A stretch of 64,000 nucleotides of DNA from Alphaproteobacteria bacterium (GCA_017958225.1 JAGDDD010000018.1:613-64612); one strand, 5' to 3'. Positions 11,203 to 20,832 are shown, counted from the stretch's first letter. Numbers and translations are program-made. Notes: a model not told the origin generated them from the sequence alone.

Positions 11203-11642
11203 TACACAGGCTCTCCCAGTTGTTGAACGCGCGGGATGTGTCTCCCACCCTCAAAATCGGTGGATAAAAAAGCGCGCACGCAGGCCATGGCGGTATTTTT
11301 GTCTGTCAGACGAGCGCCTAAACACAAAACATTAGCGTCGTTATGTTGGCGTGCCAATTTAGCCGCTTCTTCCGTATAAACAAGCGCTGCGCGAATAAAC
11401 GGATAACGATTAGCCTGAATGCTCATGCCAATGCCCGACCCGCAAATAAAAATGCCGGCCGTATCGGGCTTCTTGACCGCCTGTGCGGCCTGTTTTGCCA
11501 TTTTAGGATAATCTTGCTTGTCGTCTTCGCTGGTAGCACCCAAAACGGTTACTTGATAATTTGTCGCTAATTCTTTAGCAATTTGCTGTTTAAGAACTGC
11601 GCCGGCGTGATCTGATGTCAGGACAATATTTTTAACTTGCAT
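11202..11642 (-). CDS. rpiB: ribose-5-phosphate isomerase B
   Basis: 146 aa. SDHAG and ICGSGIGMSIQANR motifs. TAATG stop/start overlap with glyA. Confidence 0.85.
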   Translation of the reverse strand: MQVKNIVLTSDHAGAVLKQQIAKELATNYQVTVLGATSEDDKQDYPKMAKQAAQAVKKPDTAGIFICGSGIGMSIQANRYPFIRAALVYTEEAAKLARQHNDANVLCLGARLTDKNTAMACVRAFLSTDFEGGRHIPRVQQLGEPV

Positions 11643-11689
11643 TTGCGTTCAAACTCCTACACAATATGCGTATATTATAAAGGAAAAAA

Positions 11690-12127
11690 ATGCAAAGACA
11701 AGATATTTCCGATTTTTTGAAATCTGTTGAGCCCGCAACGGCGCTGGTGGGCATAGATTATGGGCAAAAGCGTATCGGTGTGGCGGTGTCTGATTTAGGA
11801 CGCATGATTGCGACTCCTTTGTCTATTGTTTCTTCCCTGGATGAATTGTCGCGCATTTTAGGCGATAGAAAAATCGGCGGCTTTGTTGTCGGCTTGCCGG
11901 TCCAAATGAACGGACAAGAAGGATCACAGGCGCAACTGACACGCGCTTGGGCCAAAAAATTAGAAAAGAAATATCAATTGCCGATATTTTTTTGGGATGA
12001 GCGCTTGACTTCGGCGGCCGCAGATCGCTTTTTAATCGGACAAATGGACGCATCGCGCAACAAGCAAAAACGCCTGCGCGATCAAATTGCCGCCAGTTTG
12101 ATTTTACAAAGTTTTTTAGACGCGTAA
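11690..12127 (+). CDS. ruvX: Holliday junction resolvase-like putative pre-16S rRNA nuclease RuvX (YqgF)
   Basis: 145 aa. GIDYGQKRIGVAVSD, VVGLPVQMNGQEG and WDERLTS motifs. Confidence 0.85.
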   Translation: MQRQDISDFLKSVEPATALVGIDYGQKRIGVAVSDLGRMIATPLSIVSSLDELSRILGDRKIGGFVVGLPVQMNGQEGSQAQLTRAWAKKLEKKYQLPIFFWDERLTSAAADRFLIGQMDASRNKQKRLRDQIAASLILQSFLDA

Positions 12128-12697
12128 TTATTCAATACAGCAATCAACCGCTTTACGCACGACAGATTTTATTTTGCCGAACAAGCCTGTTTCTTCTTTG
12201 TGCGGAATCCGGGTAGATTGTAAAGCCTGCGCAATACGTTCTGTTTTTTCCACATCGTCGTTAGCCCATTTCACGTCTTTGGTGTCGACCAGATTCATAT
12301 TCAGGCCCCAGAACAGGCAATACAAATCATAGGCCTGAGAAAACAACTGATAGGCCTTGTCTTTGTTGCCCATGCTTTGTTGTTTTGTGCCCACTTCCAT
12401 CAAGCGCATGGACGAGGCCAACAAGTGTTTGGAAATGCACCACACTTCCCCTTCATACGTCGGGATGACTTGTAACATCAGGTTTTTGCGCAATTCGCGG
12501 ATATCTTGCACCATGTCATAGAACTTGTTTTTGCCGGTTTTTGCGCCGGAGAAAATCAAATGTTCCTCAATGGAAATCAAGTTCATAATCGCGATAGTCA
12601 GGTCTTGATCCGACGATAAATCTTTCGGATTTTTCTTTTTGGACTCATCAACGCGTTCAACAAACTCTTTAAGGGAAGCCGCTTTCTTCATAAACAT
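12128..12697 (-). CDS. hypothetical soluble helical protein (ends ...DCCIE), last gene of a 3-gene operon
   Basis: 189-aa ORF with no recognised motif. Lies 5 nt downstream of the preceding gene on the same strand. Confidence 0.55.
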   Translation of the reverse strand: MFMKKAASLKEFVERVDESKKKNPKDLSSDQDLTIAIMNLISIEEHLIFSGAKTGKNKFYDMVQDIRELRKNLMLQVIPTYEGEVWCISKHLLASSMRLMEVGTKQQSMGNKDKAYQLFSQAYDLYCLFWGLNMNLVDTKDVKWANDDVEKTERIAQALQSTRIPHKEETGLFGKIKSVVRKAVDCCIE

Positions 12698-12702
12698 CTC
12701 CT

Positions 12703-13242
12703 TTATCCTAAAATCTCTATTTCTTTACAGGCGCACAAATCTGTGCCCCAAAAAACGTAACACACCAAAATGTCGCACAACAAAGGCACCACCACTTTTT
12801 CAAACGGAAAGTGCGCATGTCCGCCATTTTTCTTTTTCAGCCAGGCATACAAATGCACGCCGGCAATATGCGCTGCCGCGCCACAAAGCGTCGCCAGCAG
12901 GAAAGAATCAATATACAACAAATGCCAATGCAGCATAGGCTTGTAAGTCAAAGTGTTGGTATAGACAAAACCGACCGACGCAATCGACAGTAACATCAAA
13001 ATGAAATTGCTGCCGGGGAATGTCCATTTTCTTTTTTCACAAAAGCGAATAAGCCAGTAACCGATGACCGCCAAGAACGCGCCGAACAACACGCCGACCA
13101 CTTCATCTTTAACGCCCAGTTGCCGCGCGATACCCAAAGACGCACCTAATAAAACAGGACAGACCGCCGTGCAGGCCGCCGGATTAGCCATCGCGTGTTT
13201 TGTGATAAAGGCGCCGAGCAGGCCAAGAAAAAATCTTATCAT
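12703..13242 (-). CDS. hypothetical multi-pass membrane protein with conserved-looking Cys pairs
   Basis: 179 aa with about 5 hydrophobic segments. CTAVCP near the N-terminus and CDILVC...CAC near the C-terminus. Lies 3 nt downstream of the ferredoxin gene. Confidence 0.55.
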   Translation of the reverse strand: MIRFFLGLLGAFITKHAMANPAACTAVCPVLLGASLGIARQLGVKDEVVGVLFGAFLAVIGYWLIRFCEKRKWTFPGSNFILMLLSIASVGFVYTNTLTYKPMLHWHLLYIDSFLLATLCGAAAHIAGVHLYAWLKKKNGGHAHFPFEKVVVPLLCDILVCYVFWGTDLCACKEIEILG

Positions 13243-13245
13243 CTG

Positions 13246-14190
13246 TTATCCTTTCTTGATGTTTTCACAAGCAATGCGGTTACGGTTGGCAAACAACGGT
13301 GTTTGTGCCACTTTGCGATATATTTTTTGTCCGACAGCCACGCCGGCAACACAACCATAGGCCAAACCGACCAGGCCGACAAAAGCGCTTAAAAATGCGC
13401 CGAGCCAACCAAAGAACCAACGCACGAATATCCAGCCGATAACAGCACCGCAAGCACCTAAGATCCAACTAACCGCCGACATGTCTATGGCGTGCGCCGG
13501 ACAGGCATTGACGCAGCGGAAACAGGCGGTGCAATTGTGCTTCCACACGGGTCGCCCGTCTTTTAAATGAATACAGTGCATGGGGCAATTCTTTTCGCAC
13601 AGGCCGCAATGTGTGCAGGCGTCTGTGGAAATAAACGACAGGCCGAAGGCGTGCCGAAATACCCATAAAAATGGTAAAGCGATAAAACTATAAGCGCGGG
13701 ATCTATCGCAAGAAAAAGGCTCTGTGCCGACAATTTTTTTGCACAAGGCTTTCAATTCGTCCTCGGCCTTTTTCAAACGGGCCACACGTTGTGCGCTGGT
13801 CAATTGCGAAGATTTTAAGCCGATGAAGGTGTCCGGCAAGGTCAAGTCAGCGGTGCCGATAACCTTGTAGCCGCGAGAGGTCAGCAAACTGCGCGTATAA
13901 ACCGTAGTCAGCCCTTGTTGTCCGCCCTTTGTGGCAATCACAACCGCTTCTTTGTCCGCGACCATGGGGATTTTATGCAACGCTTTGACAAACAAAGCCG
14001 GTGGCGCGAAAAAATAAGTCGGCGTTAAAAAAATATGGCGTTCTGAACGTTCCTGTTCAGCCGGCGCATACTTTTCAATATCCAGCACGCCGGACACCGT
14101 ATGTCCTTGTGCCTTCAAAAGCGTGGCCAGTTTTTGCGCTGTCCAAAATGTGTATCCGCAACCGGAAAAATAAACCAAAAGAACCTTCAT
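13246..14190 (-). CDS. flavodoxin-like / 2x[4Fe-4S] ferredoxin fusion (EFR1-type) with C-terminal membrane anchor
   Basis: N-terminus MKVLLVYFSGCGYT (flavodoxin-like). Two ferredoxin motifs, CTHCGLCEKNCP and CTACFRCVNACP. Gly-rich hydrophobic C-terminus. Start set at the ATG at 14190, which has a GGA-rich RBS. Confidence 0.7.
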   Translation of the reverse strand: MKVLLVYFSGCGYTFWTAQKLATLLKAQGHTVSGVLDIEKYAPAEQERSERHIFLTPTYFFAPPALFVKALHKIPMVADKEAVVIATKGGQQGLTTVYTRSLLTSRGYKVIGTADLTLPDTFIGLKSSQLTSAQRVARLKKAEDELKALCKKIVGTEPFSCDRSRAYSFIALPFLWVFRHAFGLSFISTDACTHCGLCEKNCPMHCIHLKDGRPVWKHNCTACFRCVNACPAHAIDMSAVSWILGACGAVIGWIFVRWFFGWLGAFLSAFVGLVGLAYGCVAGVAVGQKIYRKVAQTPLFANRNRIACENIKKG

Positions 14191-14308
14191 AGGACCATCC
14201 TTTGCCTTTACCCTACCACGAAAGAGAGAGCAAGGCAAGAGTTTTTACTTGATTTATTTTTAAGAACATTTTATCCTGGACGACATATAAACAGTAAAGG
14301 GGCGCGAT

Positions 14309-15187
14309 ATGCCAAAAACATCCGGTCAAATCCTTAGTGATTACTTTATTCAGATCACGGATACATTTTTTTGCAGCATTAAAAACAACCTGATTGATCA
14401 AATGAATCAGGCGACATGCCAGTTATTAGGCTATGCGCCGGAAGAATTGCAAGGTCGGTTAGCGTTGAAAATTGTGGCTGAGCCGGATAAAGAACGCGTT
14501 GCGGATATGTTGTTGCAAAGATCCAGAACGCCCTATCAATTGATTCGTCTGCAAACAAAAAAAGGCGAGATTATCGCTATGAATATGCGCGCTATCCCGC
14601 TGTTTGTGAATAAAGAGCAAGTGGTGTTGTTAGAGGCGTATAACGAAACAGCCTTGTTACAAAGCCAACGCAAGTGCGCCGCCTTGGAAAAAGAAAAACA
14701 AATGTTGGCCCCCTTTGATGCTGCCACGGGTTTGCCCTCAACTATTTTGTTGGCCGATCGCTCTGAACAGGCCTTGTTGCGCGCTTTGCGTGAGGCGCGT
14801 GGGCATGTGTCCGAGGTCAATGAACATGTGGTCTTGATGTATGCGGTTGTGCAAAATGCCGACGCTATTGTGGAAAAGCACGGACAGGCCGGTTGGCAGG
14901 AAGTGCGCAGTGTGCTGATTTCCCGCTTGCAAAATGCTATTCGCAGTGTGGATACCTTGGCGATGGCGCGTGAGCCGAACGCGTTTTGGTTGTTATATGA
15001 GCGCGTTCATACAGCGGACAATGTGTATATTATTTTAGACAGATTGAAGGGCGCCTACGCGTTGCCCATTCCCTATAAAAAGGCCAAAGTGCGCATCAAA
15101 TTACAAATCGGTTGGGCGATTTACCCCGACCACGGAACAACCGTTCCTGCTTTGTTAAAATGGGCTAAGGTCAATAATATATCCTAG
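14309..15187 (+). CDS. PAS domain protein with degenerate GGDEF domain
   Basis: PAS-like segment (MNQATCQLLGYAPEELQG...) followed by a GGDEF-fold segment (FDAATGLPSTILLADRSEQAL ... QIGWAIYPDHG). REPNAF replaces the GG[DE]EF signature. Confidence 0.7.
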   Translation: MPKTSGQILSDYFIQITDTFFCSIKNNLIDQMNQATCQLLGYAPEELQGRLALKIVAEPDKERVADMLLQRSRTPYQLIRLQTKKGEIIAMNMRAIPLFVNKEQVVLLEAYNETALLQSQRKCAALEKEKQMLAPFDAATGLPSTILLADRSEQALLRALREARGHVSEVNEHVVLMYAVVQNADAIVEKHGQAGWQEVRSVLISRLQNAIRSVDTLAMAREPNAFWLLYERVHTADNVYIILDRLKGAYALPIPYKKAKVRIKLQIGWAIYPDHGTTVPALLKWAKVNNIS

Positions 15188-15287
15188 GATACACCGTATC
15201 TGGATTATGTGGCGCATTGCGACGACCGCAGGCTGCCAGAGAGGCGACAATCAGCAAAACACATAAAAAACACAGCCACTTTTTCAT
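15171..15287 (-). CDS. small putative lipoprotein (38 aa)
   Basis: MKKWLCFLCVLLIVASLAAC has a signal peptide plus lipobox (LAAC). The gene starts 2 nt after the hisS stop. The longer tracked ORF upstream overlaps hisS and is not credible. Confidence 0.45.
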   Translation of the reverse strand: MKKWLCFLCVLLIVASLAACGRRNAPHNPDTVYPRIYY

Positions 15288-15288
15288 T

Positions 15289-16527
15289 TTAATCTCTTTT
15301 TCCCAGAGGTTTTTCTGTTCCGTCGGCAAAAGAAATAAAGGATGTATAGCCTTCTTGTGCATAGACATCCAATTGCTTGCCCAATTTTTTGCTTTTGGCA
15401 CACAGGGCCACGGTGTAGCCTTGCTTGCGCAATTCGGCAGCCTTTACAAACACATCCGTTAAATTGTCTTCCGGCGCATACACCAGGACGGTATATTTTT
15501 GCACTTTCGGCGGCGTGAAGCCCTTTTCAAGCAACAGGTCGCAAATACGTTCAAAGCCAATGGAAAAGCCGACGGCCGGCACTTGTTCGCCGCAGTATTG
15601 GCCTATCATATTGTCATAGCGGCCGCCACCGCCCAAAGCTGTCGCGTATTGCGCACTATGAATCTCAAACACAATACCCGTGTAATAGCCCATGCCCCGC
15701 ACCAAGGATTTGTCAAACACAACCTGGAACTTGTCGCCGGCCAGGCGTTGTGCCACATCTATCACTTGTTTTAGGCGTTGGACAACCTCATCGTCCGCGT
15801 TCGGCAAGACGGACATATCTTTCATAACAGAACCCATAAAGGCCTCGACAACATCAGGCTTAAAGCCTTTTTCTAACAATTCGGCGCGCACGCCTTCGGC
15901 CCCGATTTTGTCTTGCTTGTCAAACGTCATACAAACGGACGGAACGTCGGCAGACGCAAAACCGGCCTGCTCTATCTGACGGGTCAGCAAGCGACGATCA
16001 TTGACGCGCACGGTAAAACCGGAAAAGCCCAAGTTCAACAAAGTGTGCGTTACGGTATCAATCAACTCTATTTCGCTGGCCACAGACGAATCACCCAAAA
16101 TATCCACGTCGCACTGATAAAACTCGCGCAAGCGGCCCTTTTGAGGGCGTTCGGCGCGGAACGATTGTCCGATTTGAATACACTTAAAAGGCGTGGGCAA
16201 AGCCATGCGATTGTTGGCAAAAAAGCGCGATAAAGGCATGGTTAAATCATAACGCAGCCCGCTATCCACCAGGTCGTTTTCAGTCAGATTCGGCTGATTG
16301 AGTTGTAACTTTTCGCCTCTTTTCAAGATTTTGAAAATCAAGGAGAGGTTTTCACCGCCTTCGCTTTTGCTCAAGCGTTCAATGCTTTCCATAATCGGTG
16401 TTTGAATATGCTTAAACCCATGCGCCTGATACGTCTGTAAAATGACATTTTGGACATAATCGCGGACAATCATTTCTTGCGGCAAAAAGTCCTTCGTGCC
16501 GCGGACGGGCAAAACAGATACGGACAT
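15289..16527 (-). CDS. hisS: histidine--tRNA ligase
   Basis: 412 aa. PVRGTKDFLPQE, class II motif 2 FRAERPQKGRLREFYQCDVDILG, GGGRYD, and a C-terminal anticodon-binding domain. Confidence 0.85.
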   Translation of the reverse strand: MSVSVLPVRGTKDFLPQEMIVRDYVQNVILQTYQAHGFKHIQTPIMESIERLSKSEGGENLSLIFKILKRGEKLQLNQPNLTENDLVDSGLRYDLTMPLSRFFANNRMALPTPFKCIQIGQSFRAERPQKGRLREFYQCDVDILGDSSVASEIELIDTVTHTLLNLGFSGFTVRVNDRRLLTRQIEQAGFASADVPSVCMTFDKQDKIGAEGVRAELLEKGFKPDVVEAFMGSVMKDMSVLPNADDEVVQRLKQVIDVAQRLAGDKFQVVFDKSLVRGMGYYTGIVFEIHSAQYATALGGGGRYDNMIGQYCGEQVPAVGFSIGFERICDLLLEKGFTPPKVQKYTVLVYAPEDNLTDVFVKAAELRKQGYTVALCAKSKKLGKQLDVYAQEGYTSFISFADGTEKPLGKRD

Positions 16528-16530
16528 AGG

Positions 16531-17121
16531 TTACTCCTTTTTTTCTGTATTTTCTGCTTGAGGCTGTTCGCCTAAATGATCCACATCGGGCAACACGACA
16601 TCCTGAATAGCAATCAGATCTTGAGAGGTAATGTGCCACATATCGGCCACCAGGGATGTCGGGAACGTTTGCACCAAATCATTGATGAGTTTGGCTGTTT
16701 TGTTATACAAACGTATAGAAGCCAGTATTTGATTGGAGATGGACACAAAATCTTTCAACGAATCCATAAAGGGTTTATCTTCTTTTAATTCCGGATATTT
16801 TTTTAACAAAGCACACACATCCGGAACGGCGGCGGTAATCATATTTTCCTGGAAAGAACGATCTGCACCTTTCTTTTGCAGCAACAAAGCGGCATAGCGC
16901 AGATCAACTAACTTTTGGACCAAGCTTTGTTCGCGATTGGTAAAGTTGGCAATTTTGCGAATCAGGTCGGCCAAAATCTGATAACGTTGAGACAACAAAA
17001 CATCTAATTCGCCCCAGGCTGTCTGAATATATTGACTTGCGCTGGCCAGTTTGTTGTAGGTATATAGGCCGAAATAGCCCAATACAGCCACAAAAACAAG
17101 AACTAATACCAATGTAAACAT
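16531..17121 (-). CDS. LemA family membrane protein
   Basis: N-terminal TM helix followed by YNKL....I..AWGELDVLLSQRY, typical of LemA. Confidence 0.8.
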   Translation of the reverse strand: MFTLVLVLVFVAVLGYFGLYTYNKLASASQYIQTAWGELDVLLSQRYQILADLIRKIANFTNREQSLVQKLVDLRYAALLLQKKGADRSFQENMITAAVPDVCALLKKYPELKEDKPFMDSLKDFVSISNQILASIRLYNKTAKLINDLVQTFPTSLVADMWHITSQDLIAIQDVVLPDVDHLGEQPQAENTEKKE

Positions 17122-17221
17122 TTTTTCCTCTCTATCGGTTTTTCTACTCTACCACAAAAAGATTTTTATGTCTTTACTTTTTTTTATACATCGCCTACCC
17201 TAACAAAATCAGAGGTGCTTT

Positions 17222-18076
17222 ATGAAGACGATTCAGTCGTTGTGTGATATTGCCGACCAGGCGCAAACGTTTTTTTTAGACTTGTGGGGCGTGGTTTTTG
17301 ACGGAGAAGCATTTTACCCTAAAGGCCTGGTTGTGCTGAAGAAATTGAAAGAACAAGGCAAGACAATCGGCCTGTTGTCCAACTCTACGCTGATGAACGA
17401 GGTTTTGGAAAAACGATACGCGGCGTTAGGCCTGATAAAAGGCGTGTATTACGACCGCATCATTACATCGGGCTCATTGTTACAAACATGGATGAATACG
17501 ACGGATTATCTGGACAAAATCGCCGGCAAAGAAGGCAAAATATTTGTGTTGGGCATAGACAATCCGGAATTGTTTGAAGGCCTGCAAGCGCGCTTGACAA
17601 AGGACATCCGTCAAGCGTCGGTCGTGTATGTCAGTTCGCTCAGGCATTTGGGGCGGTCGTGTTCCACCGTTGATCCTTTTATCCCTATGGCGCAAAAAGC
17701 GCTGGACAAGGGGCTTCCCATGATTTGTGCCAATCCGGATCATTTTGCGTTTGAAGGCGGCACGCGTTATGTCACACCCGGCTCTTTGGGCACATGGTAT
17801 GAACAACACGGCGGGCGTGTTTTTTGGATAGGTAAGCCCTATGCGGATATTTATTTGCATGCGTGCGCCTTGCTGAAGGCTGAGCCGTCAGACAGCGTGA
17901 TGGTGGGCGATACGATTCGCACCGACATCAAGGGCGGACAGCAAGTCGGCATGAAAACAGTCTTGATTATGCAGGAAGGTATCACACACGACGCGATTGT
18001 GCGCGGCAAAACTTTGCAAGAGCTGATACAAGAATCGGGCGCGCAGCCGGACTATTTATTAGATGAAATTGGTTGA
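17222..18076 (+). CDS. HAD-superfamily class IIA hydrolase (TIGR01459-like)
   Basis: FFLDLWGVVFDG (DxxG nucleophile motif), LSNS, and MVGDTIRTDIKGG at the C-terminus. Confidence 0.7.
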   Translation: MKTIQSLCDIADQAQTFFLDLWGVVFDGEAFYPKGLVVLKKLKEQGKTIGLLSNSTLMNEVLEKRYAALGLIKGVYYDRIITSGSLLQTWMNTTDYLDKIAGKEGKIFVLGIDNPELFEGLQARLTKDIRQASVVYVSSLRHLGRSCSTVDPFIPMAQKALDKGLPMICANPDHFAFEGGTRYVTPGSLGTWYEQHGGRVFWIGKPYADIYLHACALLKAEPSDSVMVGDTIRTDIKGGQQVGMKTVLIMQEGITHDAIVRGKTLQELIQESGAQPDYLLDEIG

Positions 18077-18089
18077 TAAGGAGAACATC

Positions 18090-18863
18090 ATGTCAAAAAC
18101 AGCAGTCATTATTCCGACAAGATTAAAATCAACGCGCTTGCCCAACAAGCCGCTAGCGCTCATCAATGGCAAACCCTTGATACAGCACGTATATGAGCAT
18201 GCGGCTAAAGTGCATACGGATGACGATATTTACATTGCTTCCGGTGATAAAGAAATACAAGATGTGGCCGCGACTTTTGGTGCGCGATGCCGTTTGACCG
18301 ATCCCAGTTTGCCTTCCGGCACAGACCGAATCGCCGCCGCTTTACAGCAAATCGATCCCGAAGGTGTGAAATACGACACAATTGTCAATTTTCAAGGCGA
18401 CGGCATCAACGTCAATCCCGCTCTTGATTTGGAATTGATTGACATTATGCATAAAACCGGCGCAGATATCGTAACTGTCGGCATGAAATTGACCGATCAG
18501 GCGCTGATTCAAAATCCGTCGTATGTCAAAATCGCTATGGGACTGGGAGAAGGGGAAAGTGTGGCGCGTGCGCTGTATTTTTCGCGCAACCCGGTGCCGC
18601 ATTATCGCGATAACCCCGTCGCTACACCGCAAGCCTTTTGGCATATCGGTATTTACGTTTATAATGCCGCCTCGTTACAAAGATTTGTGCGGCTGCCTGT
18701 CGGGCAATTGGAGCGCATCGAAAAGTTGGAACAATTGCGCGCTTTGGAAAACGGGATGAGCATTTATGCGAAAATCGTGTCCTCTGTCAAATTGATAGAA
18801 GAAGCGCCGGCAGACATCAACACGCCGGAAGAGTTAGAACTGGCGCAAAAGTTTATGCGTTAA
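18090..18863 (+). CDS. kdsB: 3-deoxy-manno-octulosonate cytidylyltransferase
   Basis: VIIPTRLKSTRLPNKPL, GTDRIA, VNFQGD and EKLEQLRALENG motifs. AAGGAG RBS 7 nt upstream of the ATG at 18090. Confidence 0.9.
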   Translation: MSKTAVIIPTRLKSTRLPNKPLALINGKPLIQHVYEHAAKVHTDDDIYIASGDKEIQDVAATFGARCRLTDPSLPSGTDRIAAALQQIDPEGVKYDTIVNFQGDGINVNPALDLELIDIMHKTGADIVTVGMKLTDQALIQNPSYVKIAMGLGEGESVARALYFSRNPVPHYRDNPVATPQAFWHIGIYVYNAASLQRFVRLPVGQLERIEKLEQLRALENGMSIYAKIVSSVKLIEEAPADINTPEELELAQKFMR

Positions 18864-19471
18864 AGTTGTTCAATCAGCTTGTCCATCGCCTTGCGTTGTA
18901 ATTCGTCGTAAGGCGAAACATCAGGCGCCGGCTTGGCCTCTTTGTCAGCCTTGTGGTGCGCTTTCGGCGGCTCTCTGCGCATATCCGAAAAATAGGCGGC
19001 TGCGCTGTCCGGTAATGCTTTTTCCACAAACGAATCGCAGGTTTGTAACACCGATGACAGATGACTTTCTTCCAGATAATCTTCCCACTCTTTCGGTGGT
19101 AAGGCGCGAGTAACGGCAAAGAAAATCAGCGACACGACCAACATACCGCGCAACAGGCCAAAAACGAATCCCAACATTTGATCGGGCGTTTTCAAAAAGG
19201 TTTTCCGCAGTTTGTGGGCAATAATGGCGTTGATCAGGGTGCAAACAATTAAAATGGCTAATGCTAACGCGGCAATAGACGCCCATTTTGCCACATCGGG
19301 ATGAGAGATAAACTTTTCAAAAAGTGGCTGAACAAGGGCACATCCATACCACGCCCCAAAAAACACAATCACCCATGACGCCAAGCCGAGTAATTCGCGC
19401 ATCAGCCCGCGATACCAGGCAATCAGGCCGGAAATACCAACAATCAACAAAATAGCAATGTCCAACGTCAT
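18860..19471 (-). CDS. cvpA: CvpA family membrane protein
   Basis: 203 aa with four TM segments. N-terminus DIAILLIVGISGLIAWYRGLMRELL is typical of CvpA. Adjacent to radA, as in alphaproteobacteria. Confidence 0.8.
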   Translation of the reverse strand: MTLDIAILLIVGISGLIAWYRGLMRELLGLASWVIVFFGAWYGCALVQPLFEKFISHPDVAKWASIAALALAILIVCTLINAIIAHKLRKTFLKTPDQMLGFVFGLLRGMLVVSLIFFAVTRALPPKEWEDYLEESHLSSVLQTCDSFVEKALPDSAAAYFSDMRREPPKAHHKADKEAKPAPDVSPYDELQRKAMDKLIEQL

Positions 19472-20832
19472 TCTCTTGTTCCTTTCATAAACAAATCAAC
19501 CAACGTGCGAATATGCCCAATGGCGCAAATATTCATAGTTTTGTGTGTGGCCTTTGGCATAAAGGCGCGTGAAAAGCCCAATTTTTTAGACTCTTTTAAG
19601 CGCAAATCTTGCAAAGGAACAGAGCGCACTTCGCCGGACAGGCCGACTTCCCCAAAGACAACCGCATCCGCCGGCATCGGCTTTTGTGTCAGCGCCGAAA
19701 TCAAAGCGGCAGCCACCGCCAAATCTGCGGCCGGTTCTGTCACTTTTAAGCCTCCAGCGACGTTCAAATAAATATCGCGCGAGCCCAACGACAGCCCGCA
19801 ACGCGCTTCCAAAACCGCAACCAGCATATTCAGCCGGTTGGCATCCCAACCGACGACCGCGCGACGCCCCATACCGTTGCCGGCTGGCGCAACAAGCGCT
19901 TGAATCTCCACCAACATCGGTCGCGAGCCTTCTACGCCGGCAAACACGCATGAGCCGGAAATGTTACCCTGTCATTCCGCCAAAAACAGCGCGGACGGGT
20001 TTGGCACTTGCTTTAAGCCTTGCTCGGTCATCTCAAACACGCCGATTTCATCCGTGGCACCAAAACGATTCTTCACCGCGCGCAAAATGCGGAAATGGTG
20101 GCCTCTGTCGCCTTCAAAGTAAAGAACAGTATCGACCATATGTTCCAACACACGCGGGCCGGCCAACGCGCCTTCTTTGGTGACATGGCCGACCAGGAAC
20201 AAAACACAGTTGCGCCGCTTGGCCATTTCGATGAGTTCATGACCGGCTGCACGCACTTGACCGACGGTGCCGGGCGCCGAGTCGAGCGTATCCACAAACA
20301 TAGTTTGAATCGAGTCAATCACCACGACATCAGGTGCCGACGCTGTGTCTAAAGAGGCCAAAATATCGCGTACGTTCATAGCACTGGCCAATTCGACGGA
20401 TGAGCCTTCCAAGCCTAACCGTTTGGCGCGTCGCTGTATCTGTGCCACCGACTCTTCGCCGGAAATATAAACGCAACGTAAGGGATCTTTGCCCGAGGAC
20501 AATTGTGCGACCGCCTGGAGTAATAAGGTTGATTTGCCGATGCCCGGGTCGCCACCGACCAAAATGACCGAGCCTTGCACAAAGCCGCCACCGCACACGC
20601 GATCCAACTCTTGAATGTTGGACAGATAGCGCGCGGGTAACTCAACTTTGCCTTGTAGTGAGGTAAAGTCCAATTGTCGTCCGCCTTTAGAGCCGACAGA
20701 TTTTGCCGGAGTGGTCGGCAACGCCTCTTCCACCAAACAGTTCCATTGGCCGCACGAATCGCACTTGCCGGCCCATTTCGCATAGGTCGCTCCGCACGAT
20801 TGACAAACAAAATGTGATGTCGGCTTGCTCAT
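19468..20832 (-). pseudogene. radA: DNA repair protein RadA/Sms interrupted by one in-frame TGA (at 19972..19974)
   Basis: N-terminal ORF (19972..20832) carries the zinc finger CQSCG...CDSCG, Walker A GGDPGIGKST and KNRFG. C-terminal ORF (19468..19947) carries the Lon-like domain (EGSRPMLVEIQALV). My reading of the minus strand gives ...ALFLAE-TGA-QGNISGSCVFAGVEGSRP, all in one frame. Confidence 0.85.

Noticed and set aside
12128-12142. C-terminal ...DCCIE of the 189-aa protein read as a eukaryotic CaaX prenylation box, which would mark an effector lipidated by the host.
   Set aside because: Glu in the X position and Cys at a1 are atypical. The gene also sits in an operon with a ferredoxin and a membrane protein, which argues against a secreted effector.
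19972-19974. Possibility that TGA is a sense codon (code 4/25 or selenocysteine), which would explain the radA interruption.
   Set aside because: TGA terminates several well-conserved genes at the expected length in this window (rnpA at 34396, rpe at 8337, dnaB at 58598). No other conserved gene shows an in-frame TGA.
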